A DNA stretch of 63,249 nt, the filler included, from Sphacelaria rigidula (Eukaryota), in assembly GCA_964200075.2 (NCBI GenBank). It is 3 parts of 3 records of this genome, joined end to end, with 100 filler letters (N's around TTAATTAATTAA, not from the genome) between each part and the next. Parts side by side here need not be neighbours in the genome. Positions count along the whole stretch, not along the records: positions 21,123 to 42,137 come from CAXNAA020000473.1; positions 42,238 to 63,249 come from CAXNAA020000474.1; 1 more part is not named here. One strand, 5' to 3'. The notes under the pieces were generated by a model. The model saw nothing but the letters and a program-made list of their open reading frames with translations, made no database searches and had not been told where the DNA came from. The position numbers and the translations under genes were made by a program. How positions within the stretch are numbered: position 1 is the first letter of the stretch; every line of letters starts with the position of its first letter. This document shows, piece after piece, positions 38,703 to 52,214 of this stretch.

Positions 38703-39329
38703 AGGGGGGGGAGAGGTGGAAAGGCTGCACAACCCCCGTTTGGAAGCTTATGCAAGTTTCCGTTTTCCCAGTCGGAAATGAGCAAGCGCCAAAAAATATA
38801 AGGACTGGTTGTTTTATGCTGTTTATCGCACGCGCACTTTCAATACGGTACATTCTACAACTGCACTTCATCGCCCATGTGATTGCACCGTTCCTGTGGA
38901 GGTGATCGTAATAATATCTGGCGCTTGCTCCGCTGTCATGATTCCGTCAGTGAGATGGGATGTGGAATGTAGTAGGTGGGCCAAATGCCGTTGATGGTGA
39001 AAACGTGTCGGATTTATCAACTCCTTCCGGGAGAAAACTGAAAAAGCGGACGGAAAGCTTGCAGCAGCCAACTCCTTCGTGTGGAACAGACGGAAGTCCT
39101 TACTCCTCGAAGTGAGGGCACATCTCTCCAATTGGCTGTAAAACTCGCCTCGCTCCCTCTTCATCAGTTCAAACCACAATCATCGATCAATCATACAGGG
39201 TGTGAACTCGGCGCTTAGTTTCTTCCACCAAAAAACAAAGAAGTAAAAATTTCTCCGTTCGTCCATTACGGATGTGTGAGAGATACTCGTCTGTCTGTTC
39301 CTACGGAGCAATAAAATAGAACCAGTATC

Positions 39330-39408
39330 ATGTTTTATCTCGGGTATGTCTATCACGTGACCACGGCGGGATCCCTGAGGGACGAGTTGAAGTGCGACAA
39401 TCAATCGG
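39330..39408 (+). mobile_element. LINE family A 3' end
   Basis: GGGTATGTCTATCACGTGACCACGGCGGG...GTGCGACAATCAATC. Confidence 0.65.
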
Positions 39409-40385
39409 TCAAGGTATTTTGCATGCCCTGGATAGCGCGTTCGCAGGTAGCTATCTTCTTGTTCAAACTCCAGGATAAACTGCAATTCGGCGTGTACAAC
39501 GATTACAGTCGAAACGCCTCCGAGATGTCCTTGTGATTGGGTGAATGGCCGCCTCGTCCTTGTACGCATTCGTGCAACGACCCCCCCCTCACGAAGTCGC
39601 AGCACGAACAACCCCCTTATTTTATGGCCCCTCTTGGGCCTTGGCAGCCGAAAGCCGAAAAGGGGGACGGGATAGATATACCGCTAGAGATTCGTGATAA
39701 ACAGCGGCCCCGGTGATAACACCTTGCACGAGTCGCGGGTCGTTTACCGGGTAAATATATGGTATGTGTGTTGCCATTACAGGCGGTTCTCATGTAGCAG
39801 AGAGAATCTGCTCAGCAGTCACTAGTAATCTGTTCTCTGTTTACCCCCTTCAACGGCTTTGCAATCAGCAGACTCGGGGTTACTGTCTCTGAGCGTTAGT
39901 CGGAAATATTGCTCCGAGAAGAGGTCCAGCACCGCCAAGGATTATGGACTGTTTTATTTTTGTTGCCAAACCACCCAAATTCCGAAGATGATGTAATTCA
40001 CCGTGCCCGCCCTTCAACACCTCGAACCCTTGCCCTTCGCACGTCCGGCCAAGTCTGTGCGTCTCCCGTGTTTCGTCTGGGTTTGTCGTCTATCTGCATT
40101 ATACACGATCACGACCTTACTGAAATCGTAACGCCAACCCTGGACCCCCTTCCCCCCCCCCTGCCCCCCCCCCCCCCCTCAACCCCCCCCCCCCCCCCAA
40201 ACCAAACCAAAACAAAAAAAACCCCCCACCCTATACCCNNNNNNNNNNTTTCCTGTCTCTCACAAGCACACACCAACACAGCCTCACGGAAAACGTAGCG
40301 CCAACCCTGCACCCCCTGCCCCCCCCCCCTCCCTTGAAACACACTTCCTCCCCGAAACAAAACGAAACAAAACAAAACACTCCAG

Positions 40386-40594
40386 CTTATACACCGCAAG
40401 CCGAGCTGGCTGAAGGCCGTCCCGACTCAGGGCAACAACTATGAGCGACTTCGGTCGACGGTGCGGGAGCTGGGACTGGCCACCGTGTGCGAGGAGGCGA
40501 AGTGCCCCAACATCGGGGAGTGTTGGGGGGGCGCGGACGGTACGGCCACGGCCACGATCATGATCATGGGGGATACCTGCACGAGAGGGTGTAG
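40386..40594 (+). CDS. LIAS: Lipoyl synthase, exon
   Basis: KPSWLK...[17 protein letters not shown] (CX4CX5C auxiliary cluster motif)...[21 protein letters not shown]. Confidence 0.95.
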
Positions 40595-41458
40595 GTATGC
40601 GGGGCGTAAGGCCGGATTGCTGTTCGTGTGCTTCTTATTGGAGAATAAAATGACTGAGAATTTCGCGGGGAGGGGGAGGGTTTGTTAATCACAAGCATGT
40701 TTTCGAGAGGAAGATCGCCACGAACATGTAGCAGAATGCATATCGATTACGTAGTACGTGCAGATCGTTTGTAGTGTGCAGCTTTCGAAGTGTAGAGAAT
40801 TTCGGACATCTCCCGAGTACTGCGTACACCTCACCACAAGGAGGCTTGAGATGGCTCATCTCGAAGCAAATGTGCTTTTCAACTGATTTTGCGAATAAAA
40901 TGCCGCCGATAGCCGTGCATATTCTTTTTCACGACAGTAGGATGTTAGCCTTTTTTAGAATACTACTGTGTTCCCACGAATGAATGGCTACCGTGCGTGA
41001 GGGCTATCTTCGTGCCCTGGTTGTTGAGTTTAAGTTTATGGATGTACTGAAGTGTGGGGCCTACACAGATTTCTGGCCTCAGAGAGTCATCTTCTAGTGA
41101 TGACTGGGTCTGCTTGACACCTGCTTGATAATGGAGGTACAAGAGGTGCAGGGAATCCAGGTTGTAGCCCCCCTCCCCCTCCCTACTCGGAGACTACGAC
41201 ATGCAGAATCGTGGGTACACCCCGTGCAGGATCAAGGGTTAGGTGGGTACGAGAGCGATGAAATAAACGAGGGTTCGAGTCACAGGCTTGTGGGGGAGGG
41301 GGTTAATGAGGTCATGCTCCAGTAGGGTATGACTTGTACGAGAAGAAGCTGACGCGCACATGTGTCAATAATCGGATCCAATCAGTCCCCTTCACCTCTC
41401 GGTTGAAGTACCCCCGACATTCCCTTCCCTTCCCCCCCCCCCCGCCTCGGAAAAACAG

Positions 41459-41617
41459 TTTTTGTGCTGTAAAGACGAGCCGCGCCCCGCCTCCGCTGGA
41501 TCCTGAGGAGCCCGAAAAGGTTGCCAAGGCTGTTACGGACTGGGGCTTGGGCTACGTGGTCCTCACAAGTGTAGATCGCGACGATATAGCGGATCAGGGG
41601 GCGAACCACTTCGCAAG
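41459..41617 (+). CDS. LIAS: Lipoyl synthase, exon
   Basis: Completes the radical SAM motif [33 protein letters not shown]. Confidence 0.95.
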
Positions 41618-41892
41618 GTAACCGACGGTGATGCTTTGTTTTGACGCTATATGGGTTACGTGAAACGTATGTCCAGGTCGATGCGTGGGGGGTGGGGATG
41701 TGGGGGGAGGGGGGGGGGGCAATATTCATACACTTCCATGAAGTATGTATATATACCGGTGGCTTCCAGTATTTGCATTTCCTGCTGAGGGTCTCCTCGG
41801 GCTTTCAACAATAGAGCGCTCGTGTGTAAGATTCATCCACTGCTCGCTCAACCTCTACCATGACTTGCATCAAACCATCACTCCTCTCCCCT

Positions 41893-42125
41893 GCGGTGCT
41901 CCGTCTCGAAAGGGATGCGTGGTCAATGGTCAAACGACTAAGGCAAGCAACACATGAGAACGCCCCCCCTCCCCTGCGAATCGCCGAACACACGACGGCG
42001 CTTCGCGCTCGGTGATTTGGTGCGAGCGTGGTCCGGTGAAAACCGGGCGTGCTCCGTCCCGGCTTTGTAGGGATGCGAGGCCAATAGTCTCATGACTATG
42101 GCATGCATGATTATGGGTACACCCC
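41893..42125 (+). mobile_element. LINE family B 3' end followed by a short element with a related tail
   Basis: Two successive GTGCTCCGTC...GGGATGCG.GG.CAAT.GTC...GACTA.GGCA tails. Confidence 0.6.
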
Positions 42126-42237
42126 CTCCCCCCCCCCNNNNNNNNNNNNNNNNNNNNNNNNNNNNNNNNNNNNNNNNNNNNTTAATTAATTAANNNNNNN
42201 NNNNNNNNNNNNNNNNNNNNNNNNNNNNNNNNNNNNN

Positions 42238-42408
42238 CGCGTAGATACTTCTTCAGCGCATTTTACCGTCTCTGTGAGCTTACAGCGCTGACCGAAACTG
42301 CTGTTTTCCCTGATGTCACCCCCCCCCTAAGAAATAAGTAGAAATGGCGGTTTCGGACAGCGCTGTAAGCTCACAGTCAATAAAATGCGCTGAAGAAGAA
42401 TCTACGCG
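42238..42408. mobile_element. Hairpin MITE (left end falls in the gap)
   Basis: ~65-bp inverted arms CGCGTAGA..CTTCTTCAGCGCATTTTA...CTGTGAGCTTACAGCGCTG.CCGAAAC. Confidence 0.8.
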
Positions 42409-44984
42409 ATCGAGGGGCATTAGGCCGACAAGAAAGTCATTGGGCACCATCGCTGAAGCGTGGATAAAGTACTGTTTTGAGCTCGAACCTCATTCCATTG
42501 ATGAACCTCATTTTATAGAATCCTCTGTTAATCGATTGTTTTGGATTTTCTGGTTCTCGGAAATCTCATATCCAGGGGTAGGAAGGGAAAATGAGCAATG
42601 CCACGATCATGTTTCAAGCACGCCGGTGGCTGCAAACGCTCACCGTATGTTTTCAACAATCATGGACTAACGCACAACACACTTTCGCACTTCGCCCGCA
42701 TGATTTTCGCGGGGTACAGTGTGAAGGTTTACACACGTGTGCATAATGTAGGTTGCACAATACGAAGGTCGTGGATGGTGCTTGTTGCACATACATTTGG
42801 CTCTTAGATCGAAATACTTCGATATTTAGATGAAAACCAATGTCTCGGAAAACCTCGCTTGGATACATACATTTATGCATTTACATTTGAAGGAGGAAAA
42901 TGAGGAGTAGCCAAATGCCGAAATGTTCTGCGTCAGAACACATATCAGCATTATTTTTCTCCCGAAAGAACCCCAACATATAGCGAGTTTCACTCCTCTC
43001 TTACCGTAACGCGAGACACAATCTGAGATTCACGCACAGGCACCCGATCACGATACGAAGGTCGCGACTTCTGCTCACTCTTTTCTGTTCTAGACTTTAA
43101 TCTAGGAGTATCTATTGTCCAGAAAGATCTGAACTGCTGGATTCGGAACTAATATCGTGACAGTTTCGTTCAAGAGGAGGATTTTCGATTCCAAAACACT
43201 CACATGCTTGTTTCATCTTTTCACCAAGAGGTTTACAAGTGTTTTGAACCCATACCCTTCAAACGTCGTTGACAATGGGTTTGATGCCAATTGTTTCACA
43301 CTTCGTGAACAAACCAGCATAAATAGTAGAGGTAGAATTGTTTCTGTAGCGAGGGAGCAAGAGAAGACACCCCGCGCGGGGTTCGTTTGATGACACAATT
43401 CCACGCAGATCTGATTCCGCACGACTCTTCCGGGGGCGCCTATAGACGTACGCCGCGGTCTGTCGCAGACTGGGACTCACGGGAATCGATACCGGCGGGC
43501 TGCCCTAACGGTGGCGAAACTTGGAAGGTCTCCCCAATCGCATGTCCCGAATGTACCACACCGATGCACAGCGCGGTGACCTTCGAGGACCCCAAGAGGG
43601 GATGATTGCAAAAACTGGACGTCGAGGATACCACCGTTCGGTACGAACACAAGGCATGGCGAACTAGCACCGAACCACGAACCTGATATAGTACTACCTC
43701 AACAGCTGATCCCAAGGTCCGTATAACCTCGATCTTGCCCAACCCATGGTCCCGTATCCACCTACTCACTGTTAGGATTAAACTGTGTGTAGAACCCTGA
43801 ACGTGACGCAAGGGCAAGCGCTACAGCTGCTAAGCTGATCGGGAGAAGAATGTAAACACAAAGTACGGAGCTTGTATTGATGGTTCCCGGGAACGTGGAG
43901 AGAAGAGTAAACAAGGAGGTGACCATCTACAGATCTACAGTACCATCACTCTGACGGTTACAACAAGTTGAACCGTAACCAATCACACCGACTATTCCGT
44001 GTCTGACAGTCCGCATGACAGGCTGCAACTGTGACAACGCCTTAATGCTCTTGAAGGTTGACTACTAAATGAATAGACATATATCATTTCTTGACACACA
44101 CATGGACTGCTACTTAGCGGATTTCAGCTCGCATGGTGTAAACCAGTCGGTTCACCGTACACACGCTTACATGCCCGAGATACATGAAAGTGCGTGACCT
44201 GAGTATTGGTCGACGAGGTTTGGCAGTTCAAACTCGAAGTTCAGCATACATGTCTGCATGCTCGAGTTGAAAAAGTAGTTGCTTTAGATTAATAAGCTCC
44301 CGAGTAAATCGAAGATACTTCCACATCCCTCATTTCCGAAAAGTCGTCCTTTTTCCGACGGCAGGTATCTCGAGATTGGTCAGAGGTGAAGAGAGCATCA
44401 GCCACGGCGCTGGCATTTGCGTCTGCGTACACGTCAGTGAAAACCCAGACCGTCAGTCGCAGAACTCTTAGAGAGCAATGAGGAACGCCGAAATACCCTG
44501 ATTTTCGGGGGAGAGACTTTAGGTGACTCGCCTGTAGTTCCATGCTTGCTGGGAGTCGTGATGTGAAACTCCGCGGGTACGTGCGCACTTAAAGAACAAA
44601 CGTGATTTCTGCCCACATATATTTTCTGCAATCAAGGTCAAGATTTTCGCATGATCAGTTGTTTCAGGACCAGCTGTAGTTCTCGGGCTCATATCATGTT
44701 TTCGACTGTCATCGCAAATTCGGCACCCGGGAGAGAGACACTGAGGAATTCGGCTTTGGTCAGAGCGAATGTATGTTTCCTGCATATCACACTATATCTC
44801 GAGTTGAGAGTCGAGCAAAACTCAACTGCAGGGCCGAAACCTGTTGTGAAGAAGCCGCTCGCCTTCATATTTCATTATGAAGGGAGTATAGTAAAGATAT
44901 GCCGTAGTAATGTTGTACGGCGTTCGATATTTGAAATGCGCACGTGAATGCGACCATTCACTTCATACTTCGCAAGCCTCATGG

Positions 44985-45240
44985 ACAAAGTTTTGCACGT
45001 CAACTGGTTTTTCCCGCAGGACCCAGCCGTGGTCACAGGATGGATGCCTCAGAAGTAAACAGAACAAATACGCCCGCCGACATGAAAACAATGAAGAAAC
45101 CGGAAATATGAATAAACGGAGTGAGCAGAAAAACAGAAACGAATGCAAGGGGAAGAAGGAGTGTAAAGGAGCGGCGGGGATCTAGAAACGGGAACAAGAA
45201 CAAAACAAGTCGAGTTGATTTTCGCATTCGAATGATAAAC
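44985..45240 (-). mobile_element. LINE family A 3' end
   Basis: Reverse complement contains TGTGACCACGGCTGGGTCC, preceded by a T-rich UTR. Confidence 0.6.
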
Positions 45241-46551
45241 AAAGTGATCAGAAAACCACACCTTTCGAATTTCTCGATTTCGACGACGAAGTCAACAAAT
45301 GAGCGAAGGTCATTATGTTTGTGAATTTAGGACACACATGGACGCAGTTCTACACTTCACGACCCTTAGCAAGTTTAAGAAAACAGTCGAATCAGCAAAA
45401 TACTTCTCCCCAAAACTCAGGGTATTATTGTGCTTCTCACGTTTCCCTCATGGTTTTGACAGTTAACAGTCTCAAACCTCGCACACGTGTATCCAGCCAC
45501 AACACACAGGTCGTGGCTGTTTTTGAGGACTCGTTTTGGATCCTCATATCAACATGTTCATTGTCTGAAAGGGCTGCACGTGTTCAAAATTGGCCGATAT
45601 TGTCGTATCTTTGCTCCGCAGAGGATTTGTGTGTCCAAAGAGTGGCGCGTGGGGCTGTACGCCTCGGCCTCTTCAGTGAGGACGGCGCTAACCGCCGCAA
45701 GGACTGCGTGATTTGAAAGGCGGTGAATGAGCCAAAATTCAAAGAGGTTGGAACCTACGATCACGCCGATAAGGGACGAGCGGCAGACTCCGTAGACGAC
45801 GGTCTGGGCGAAGCGTGGGTACCCCAGGGAGATGTAAAGGTTAAAGTATGCGATATGAGGTGATTTCAACGGAGTAGATACATGTGACAACATCTCATGT
45901 GACCCTTGACACCTACGAAATACTCAGTCCACGTCCACTGAGTCCAGTGCGTGTGTTGTCTTTGCAATGTTGGAGGACACGATGTGACCGTAGGCAATAA
46001 CGGGCGTATTGCGTTGTTTGATGACGATGTCTTGGCTAATCTAGTACTATTTGCTGCTCCAATCTGGCGAGTTTATATGCTCTCAAGAGTGGTTATGTCA
46101 TCATGAATGCTTATTCTGCTGAATCGTGATAGAGATTGCGTTTGCCCCTCAATTATGCTACTCACGGCAGCACGACGTGCACTGCAGCTCAGGAGTTCCT
46201 CGGGAATGTTTCTTGGTCCTCGCCGCCCGTCCCCGACGTACCGCACGATTGCATTGTAATTTCAACAGAAGACTTCGTGTGGAGCTAGCTGCACCGAGAT
46301 AGGAGCGCCAAGGGTGATCCAACAAGCGCCATCGCAGAGCCATCTTCGGGCACGGGGCACCGAAGAACGCTAAGCAGGCACGGGGTATAATTGTTCATCA
46401 TATTTCGGCACCCTTTAAGGAAACAGTAGGCTCAGTTCACACCGAGCTTGCCACAACCACAGCTGCTAGGAGTTACTATTTCGGGCAGTACATGATGTTG
46501 TAATACACCTGTATACGCATACGCGGTTTTCTCTGACAGTACACGGCGAGA

Positions 46552-46850
46552 GGATTGATTGATTGATACATTACTTCATGGATTGGCTGTTGCACATTAT
46601 TAGCTGATCCCCTCGGAATGCGAGCTTAGTCACAAGATAGACGTAACAAAGGTGACTGAAGATGGAAGCAATCGCTGAAGCGAGCCCGAGTAATGGAGAA
46701 CCAAAGTAATGTAGAGAACAACAAACGACGAAAAATAAACAGCAGGCAATGGAACCAAGAACAAAGACAAACAAAGGAACAAAGCAATAGACACAGGGCG
46801 AGATAGAGGAAAGAGGAAACGGAATGAAGTCCATACTCCAGTGTGGACAT
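46552..46850 (-). mobile_element. LINE family A 3' end
   Basis: (GATT)n tail plus reverse ACGTCTATCTTGTGACTAAGCTCG and a T-rich UTR. Confidence 0.6.
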
Positions 46851-48249
46851 GACCTTGTCTGTGAGCAATGCTACGGTGGGGTTGCACTTTATTAGCTAAA
46901 CCTTTTCTCGGGGCTGCTCGGTGTGTTGGATGAGTCATTTTGAGAATCGGTATCACTTGTATTTTGAGAATCGGCATCACTGTTACTTGGAAAAGACTGA
47001 ACATGATCGATTCACGAAAACGCCTCTGCGTCCAAACACCATGTTTCTGGGATTCCGGACCCCGGAGGTTTGAGTAGCACAGTACGTCCCATATATTTAC
47101 GCTTCTACCAAAACGAGACCTAGGAACAAAAAGTGCGACACCTACGGTAGCATTGCTCGTGTGTTGCTCACGAGATCAATGCTTGGCCTCCCCTAGTACT
47201 CCATGATCTTGGATACCGAGACGCAAGTGGGAGGTAGCGGGGGAACTATTGGCGAGCCTTTGTTGCTACAACCCATCACATGCCCCTATAGTACAACCCA
47301 TTCGAACTAAATCATGCCTTCGTAAAAGCACTGATTATTCATTATAATCATTACTATTTTCACACATTAGTTCGATCTCTCGGACCCGTGGTCGTAGACG
47401 TAGGCTCGTCTTTCCAATACCGTCCCTGCTATTCCGTAAAAGACAGAGTCCGCGTCATCGTTCCTGAGACTCCAGTCTGATTACAAGAACCAACGCAATA
47501 CACTAAAATGTTACAAAGTAAAAATAAGAAGAGAGACGCCGAAACAACATGAAAAGTTGCTTTCCCGAGTTCAACGGGGTGAAACAAGCAAATGAAGATC
47601 TGCTGAGAAAAGCACACCGACAGAACAGGAAAGCAAAAAAGGGACAAGAAAGGACAGATGACGCAAGGAGATTAGCGTTGCTGGGTGACCGAAACCAGAC
47701 GCCTCCATCGGTTGATCGAAGCAGCTATATGAGCTCACAAATCATCCCGTAGGCGCTACTCAGACTGTGTCGTACATGCCCGTCCTCAACAGTATTTCAT
47801 TGGAAGTTAATAAATGGTCTCCAAACGGCTTGGTAAACCATTCCACGGTTTGGGAGACACAATAGGTTCGGCTGTTATTCTTGTTTTGTAAATGTAAAGT
47901 CGGCCCAGGTCAAGGAAATCTTAGAACGAAATGGGGTTGAAATAGCATAATGTACATACGCGGAATAGAGGAGTCACTCACAACTACTGTTTCCCGCTCA
48001 GCAGAGGCAGATGTCTGAGAATATGGCAAAAAAATTACCTTTATATTGCCCACCAAACAGGCTCTGATACCACAGAATAGCTTTACACCAAACACATAGA
48101 CCAGCAACACGTAGCGAGCGTCCACGGTCCTATTTCTGCATACTCACGTCGGTCGACGTTCAACGCAACACGACTCGGGTGGTGAACGCTGGTCATTTCG
48201 CCCCATAGTCACATCAGCTTGGTCACACCACCCTACCCACATCTGCTTC

Positions 48250-50145
48250 CGAACGGGACTCCTGAGCGAACGTGGCGTCGTACGCCGGGGCCTCTTCCAC
48301 GACAAGACTTACGCGAATCGTTATTAGCCAACCATCCTTACGATCACCAAAACTGTCAAATGTGACCATCGCATGTTTGAAAATGTATCATATCGACACA
48401 CATACTGGCGGCTTCGGCGATGCCCAAGGTGGTCTTCTTGCAAACAGTGAGTGTCGATAACATCGGGTAATGATCGGGAACACCACACGACGAACCAACA
48501 CCGAAGAACGAACCTCGTACAGTGGCGCATCAGCTCATCACGCGTGTAGTACAAAGTCGACGTAGCCTATCCATAGCTCCACCTCAACACACACACATCA
48601 ATCGGCACCTATCACATACTCATTCCGAGTGGGGTAGATGATCAATTGGGACTGAGTTCCTCCACCTCTGCATGACCCACATCGATCGGCATCTATGGCA
48701 CATCAACCTGGTACAGTAGCGCATCATCTTAACTGTGGTGAAAAGTCAAGTCAGCCTGGCCTTAGTCCCGCTTGGTCACGCATATATCAATCGCTACCTA
48801 TCGCAACACGGCCTGCATAAGGTACAGTGATCATTCCTCCACTTCTGCCGTCCATCATTATTCGGTCGCTCGGCACGGCAGCGAAACCGTGATGAAACTC
48901 GAACAAACTGCCTGTGTCCCGATCCAAAAATAGGTTTGATCACACCATTCCATCGACTTTGATTGCGCACGTCCTTCCTGAGCGTTCGTGGAATCGTCCG
49001 CCACGACTTCTCTCGGAACGCGACTTGCGCAATTCGATTCGTCCAACCGCCTTAAAACTTGTCGGAACTCGAGCAAGAGGCTCCAATAGTCGCCGAAGCC
49101 GACGCCCAGGAGGGTGGACAAGGCGGTGTTGTTGCGAACAGCGGGTGTCCACCACACCGAGTAGTCATCGGGCGCAACACACGGAGAGCTAGCAACGAAG
49201 CACCGAGCTGGTACAGTAGCGCATGGGCTCATCCCGAGCGCAGTAGAGAGACATCGTAGCCTGTCCTTAGTGGCACGTGCGCCGACATATTCTGATCGAC
49301 ATCACTCACACGCCAACCTGCTGGAGCAGCGCATGAGCTCATGCCGGGTGTAGTAGTAGGGGCTCTACGTGGGCTGTCCATAGTCCCACCTCGGCACTCC
49401 CACATACCGATCGACGTGCATCATCCATCAACCTGCTACAGTAGCGTGTCACCGTAGCCTGGGTGTAGTGTAAAGGTCACGTAGGCTGTCGTTAGTCCCG
49501 CCTCCCCACGCACACATCGACCAACATCCCTCCCACGTCAACATGCTGCAGTAGCACATCAGCTTGTCCCGGGTGTAGCAGAAGTCGATTTAGCCTGTCA
49601 GTGTTCGCACCTGCGCATACGCATCAATTCACATCTGATGTTACACGGCCCGAATGGTGTACACTGTCATTCCTCCCTTGTGTGGTCCATGAAAATGCTC
49701 AGTCACCTGGTGAACAAGAGCGCCGCTGTCGTGAACAAGGAACTAAAAGAGTCCGTACCCCGTTCCAGGACAGTTTGGTCACACCATTCTATCGACTTTG
49801 GTTCGCATGTCCTTCTTGAGCGTGCGTGGAGTCGTCCACCGCTGTCCCTCTCGAAACACGACTTGCGCAATTCGATGGGATCAACCGCCTTGAAACTTGT
49901 CACAACTCGAGACAGGGGCTACTAGGTGCACGATGACGCTCGAGAACGTGTACAAGGCGATATTGTTGCGAACAGCGGATGTTGAAACACCGGATGATGA
50001 TCGGGCGTAACATGTTACGAGCTAGCACGGACACACTAAGATGGTAAAGTAGCGCATCATTTGATGCCGAGTGTAGCAGAACGTCACCCTAGCTTGCCCT
50101 TAGTCCCACCTCCGCACGCACACATTAATCGACACCTGACATAGC
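48250..50145 (-). repeat. Higher-order repeat: three unique blocks (up to ~370 bp) interleaved with ~115-bp subunits
   Basis: Subunit CAGTAGCGCATCAGCTCATC.CG.GTGTAG...TAGCCTG.C..TAGTCCC.CCT near 48520, 48713, 49213, 49325, 49438, 49549 and 50047. Block 48830-49205 is repeated at 49660-50040. Confidence 0.8.
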
Positions 50146-50539
50146 ACGGCAAGGGTATCGTGGGTCAGTCGTTTCGCTCCGTAAGCGGGCGTTCCCGTTC
50201 AAAATGAGGAGGTGTCGTCTGAAGCAATATCGACAAGATTTGGATTCATACTCGAAATGTTCCATATATCTTTCATTTCATATGCAGAAGGATGTGCGCT
50301 CCGAAAATGGTCCTTGTTGGAGAGGGAATTCCCATCTGTAAAACGAAGATACCATGGTATTCATCATTCCTGAGAAGTGTTCTACCTTTTGGACTATAGA
50401 TAAGGTCAACATGGGGTTCGAAAGAAAACGATGGGAAACGTCACGGCGTTGGTATGGGTGTCTATATAAAGGCACTGAATTTGTTTAGTTTAGGAGACAT
50501 GAACAGCATGCTGGAGAATTTCGAGACGAAATAGTTGCC

Positions 50540-50822
50540 GCCGCGCCCCGGTGTTGTAATGATCCGACTGTCGCCATTATTGTGGAGAAAAGAGGGTTCG
50601 ATTCCCGATGCGTTGCGTTTTCCTCTTCGTAATTTGTGATTGCCACCGTGGGAAGCGTGAGAACATGAGTGAACGAAGTGGTCCACTGGGTTTGTGTGAC
50701 GTGAGTTGACGCGGTGCGGGAGTGCTGACCCAACCCGCGAGACCAAAATGTAAAGGCGCGTACCGCGGGAGAGATGGGTAGATCCCTTGAGACCGCGGAC
50801 TCATCCCGAGGAAGGGGAGGGG
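50540..50822 (+). mobile_element. SINE family 2 copy
   Basis: B box GGGTTCGATTCCC at about 50594 and family 3' end. Confidence 0.6.
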
Positions 50823-51063
50823 TTCAAAATGCGAACAAAAACAAAATAGTGGCGGCACACATGGACAGGTAGCACCCTGTAGGACACCTCCACAGGGCTC
50901 AGAAGCTCTGTAGAGCATTTGTAAATTCTAGTACCTCTACCACATTTTGTATAGCGTTTTCTCGACGCACTCCCTGTGAGAGCAACCCTGTGAAGGCACT
51001 CGCAATTTGAAAACCCCAAATTATTTTGTGACAAGGTCTGTAGAATTGTTCATACAGCAGAAG

Positions 51064-51260
51064 CTATTGGAATGAATCCCCTACTTGCCGAATTTCCAAC
51101 AGTGGGCGAAGTGCGTATTTATTTCGAGCAGTTTCTGCTGTACAAACCCCATACACTAGCAGATTTGTAAATTATACAACACAAGCTGCTCGAAATAAAT
51201 ACTCACTTTGCCCGCCATTTCATCCATAAACTGGGCAAAAAGAGAACTTATTGCCAACAG
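51064..51260. mobile_element. Small foldback MITE
   Basis: GGGCGAAGTGCGTATTTATTTCGAGCAG is inverted as CTGCTCGAAATAAATACTCACTTTGCCC. Confidence 0.65.
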
Positions 51261-51597
51261 CCTCAGGTGTGCAAGTCTCACATACTGTACCGTAATCAGC
51301 GTATGAATTTAGAGAGGCACAAGAAATTGGTGAAAACTTACTATCTTGCCCCTCGATTCACTTGTCACTTGGAGCAATATAAGGGAATTCCCGACAGCAT
51401 ATGCTGCTTGCAAATCCCATACACTGACTGCGGATGTACGTCGACACGGCTTCGGGCAGCTGTGGTAATGGTGCGACGACAGTATATACCTTCCAAGTGT
51501 GTACATGATAGTCCTGAGAACCCCATAGTCCCGTGCTTACCATAAAAACAACCACAATAACAACAAGATATAACGGGGATATCCCCACAGCAATACG

Positions 51598-52200
51598 CAC
51601 GGTATGATCCTGTACTGGACTGTACGGTACCGTCCAGGACACCACTATACCGTGCAGATACGTGTGGTGGCCTATGTACTACAGAGTTAGCGCGACGGCG
51701 TTCACTATACGAATGGCTAAACAGTGTGGATGCCTGTCAGTTTAGATATAAGGGGATTCACATACCATCATGCAGCGGAGTGAGGTAGATCGTTATATGC
51801 AGTCATGACCAGCAACCAAGTAACAACTCAAAATAGCCACAGCTCGAAAATAACAGACCGGTTTGAACGGGAGTATTCTCACACCATGATCTGTTCGAAC
51901 GTTGCTCTCCCGCATGTTTTTGTTGCTAGCATTGGGTAAACACATCTGCCCCCCTGCTGCCCGTGCACAGTGGTCGAAATTCATAGGCGACGTATACGTA
52001 TATAACGATCGACCTCACTCCGCGGAATGCCGGTATATAATACCCCCATATGTCTAAACGGACAGGCATCCATATTTTTAGCCATGCGTATAGTGCATGC
52101 TGTCGCGCTAACTCTGTAGTATATAGGCTACCACACGTATCTGCACGGTATGGTGGTGTCCTGGACGGTATCGTAGAGTCCAGTACAGCGTCATACCGCG
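51598..52200. mobile_element. ~600-bp foldback element with ~200-bp TIRs
   Basis: 51598-51799 is a near reverse complement of 51999-52200. Confidence 0.85.
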
Positions 52201-52214
52201 TTTGTGTGTCGCTA

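Noticed and set aside
43240..43930. Possible solo LTR
   Set aside because: No second copy, TSD or clear TG...CA pair could be fixed.
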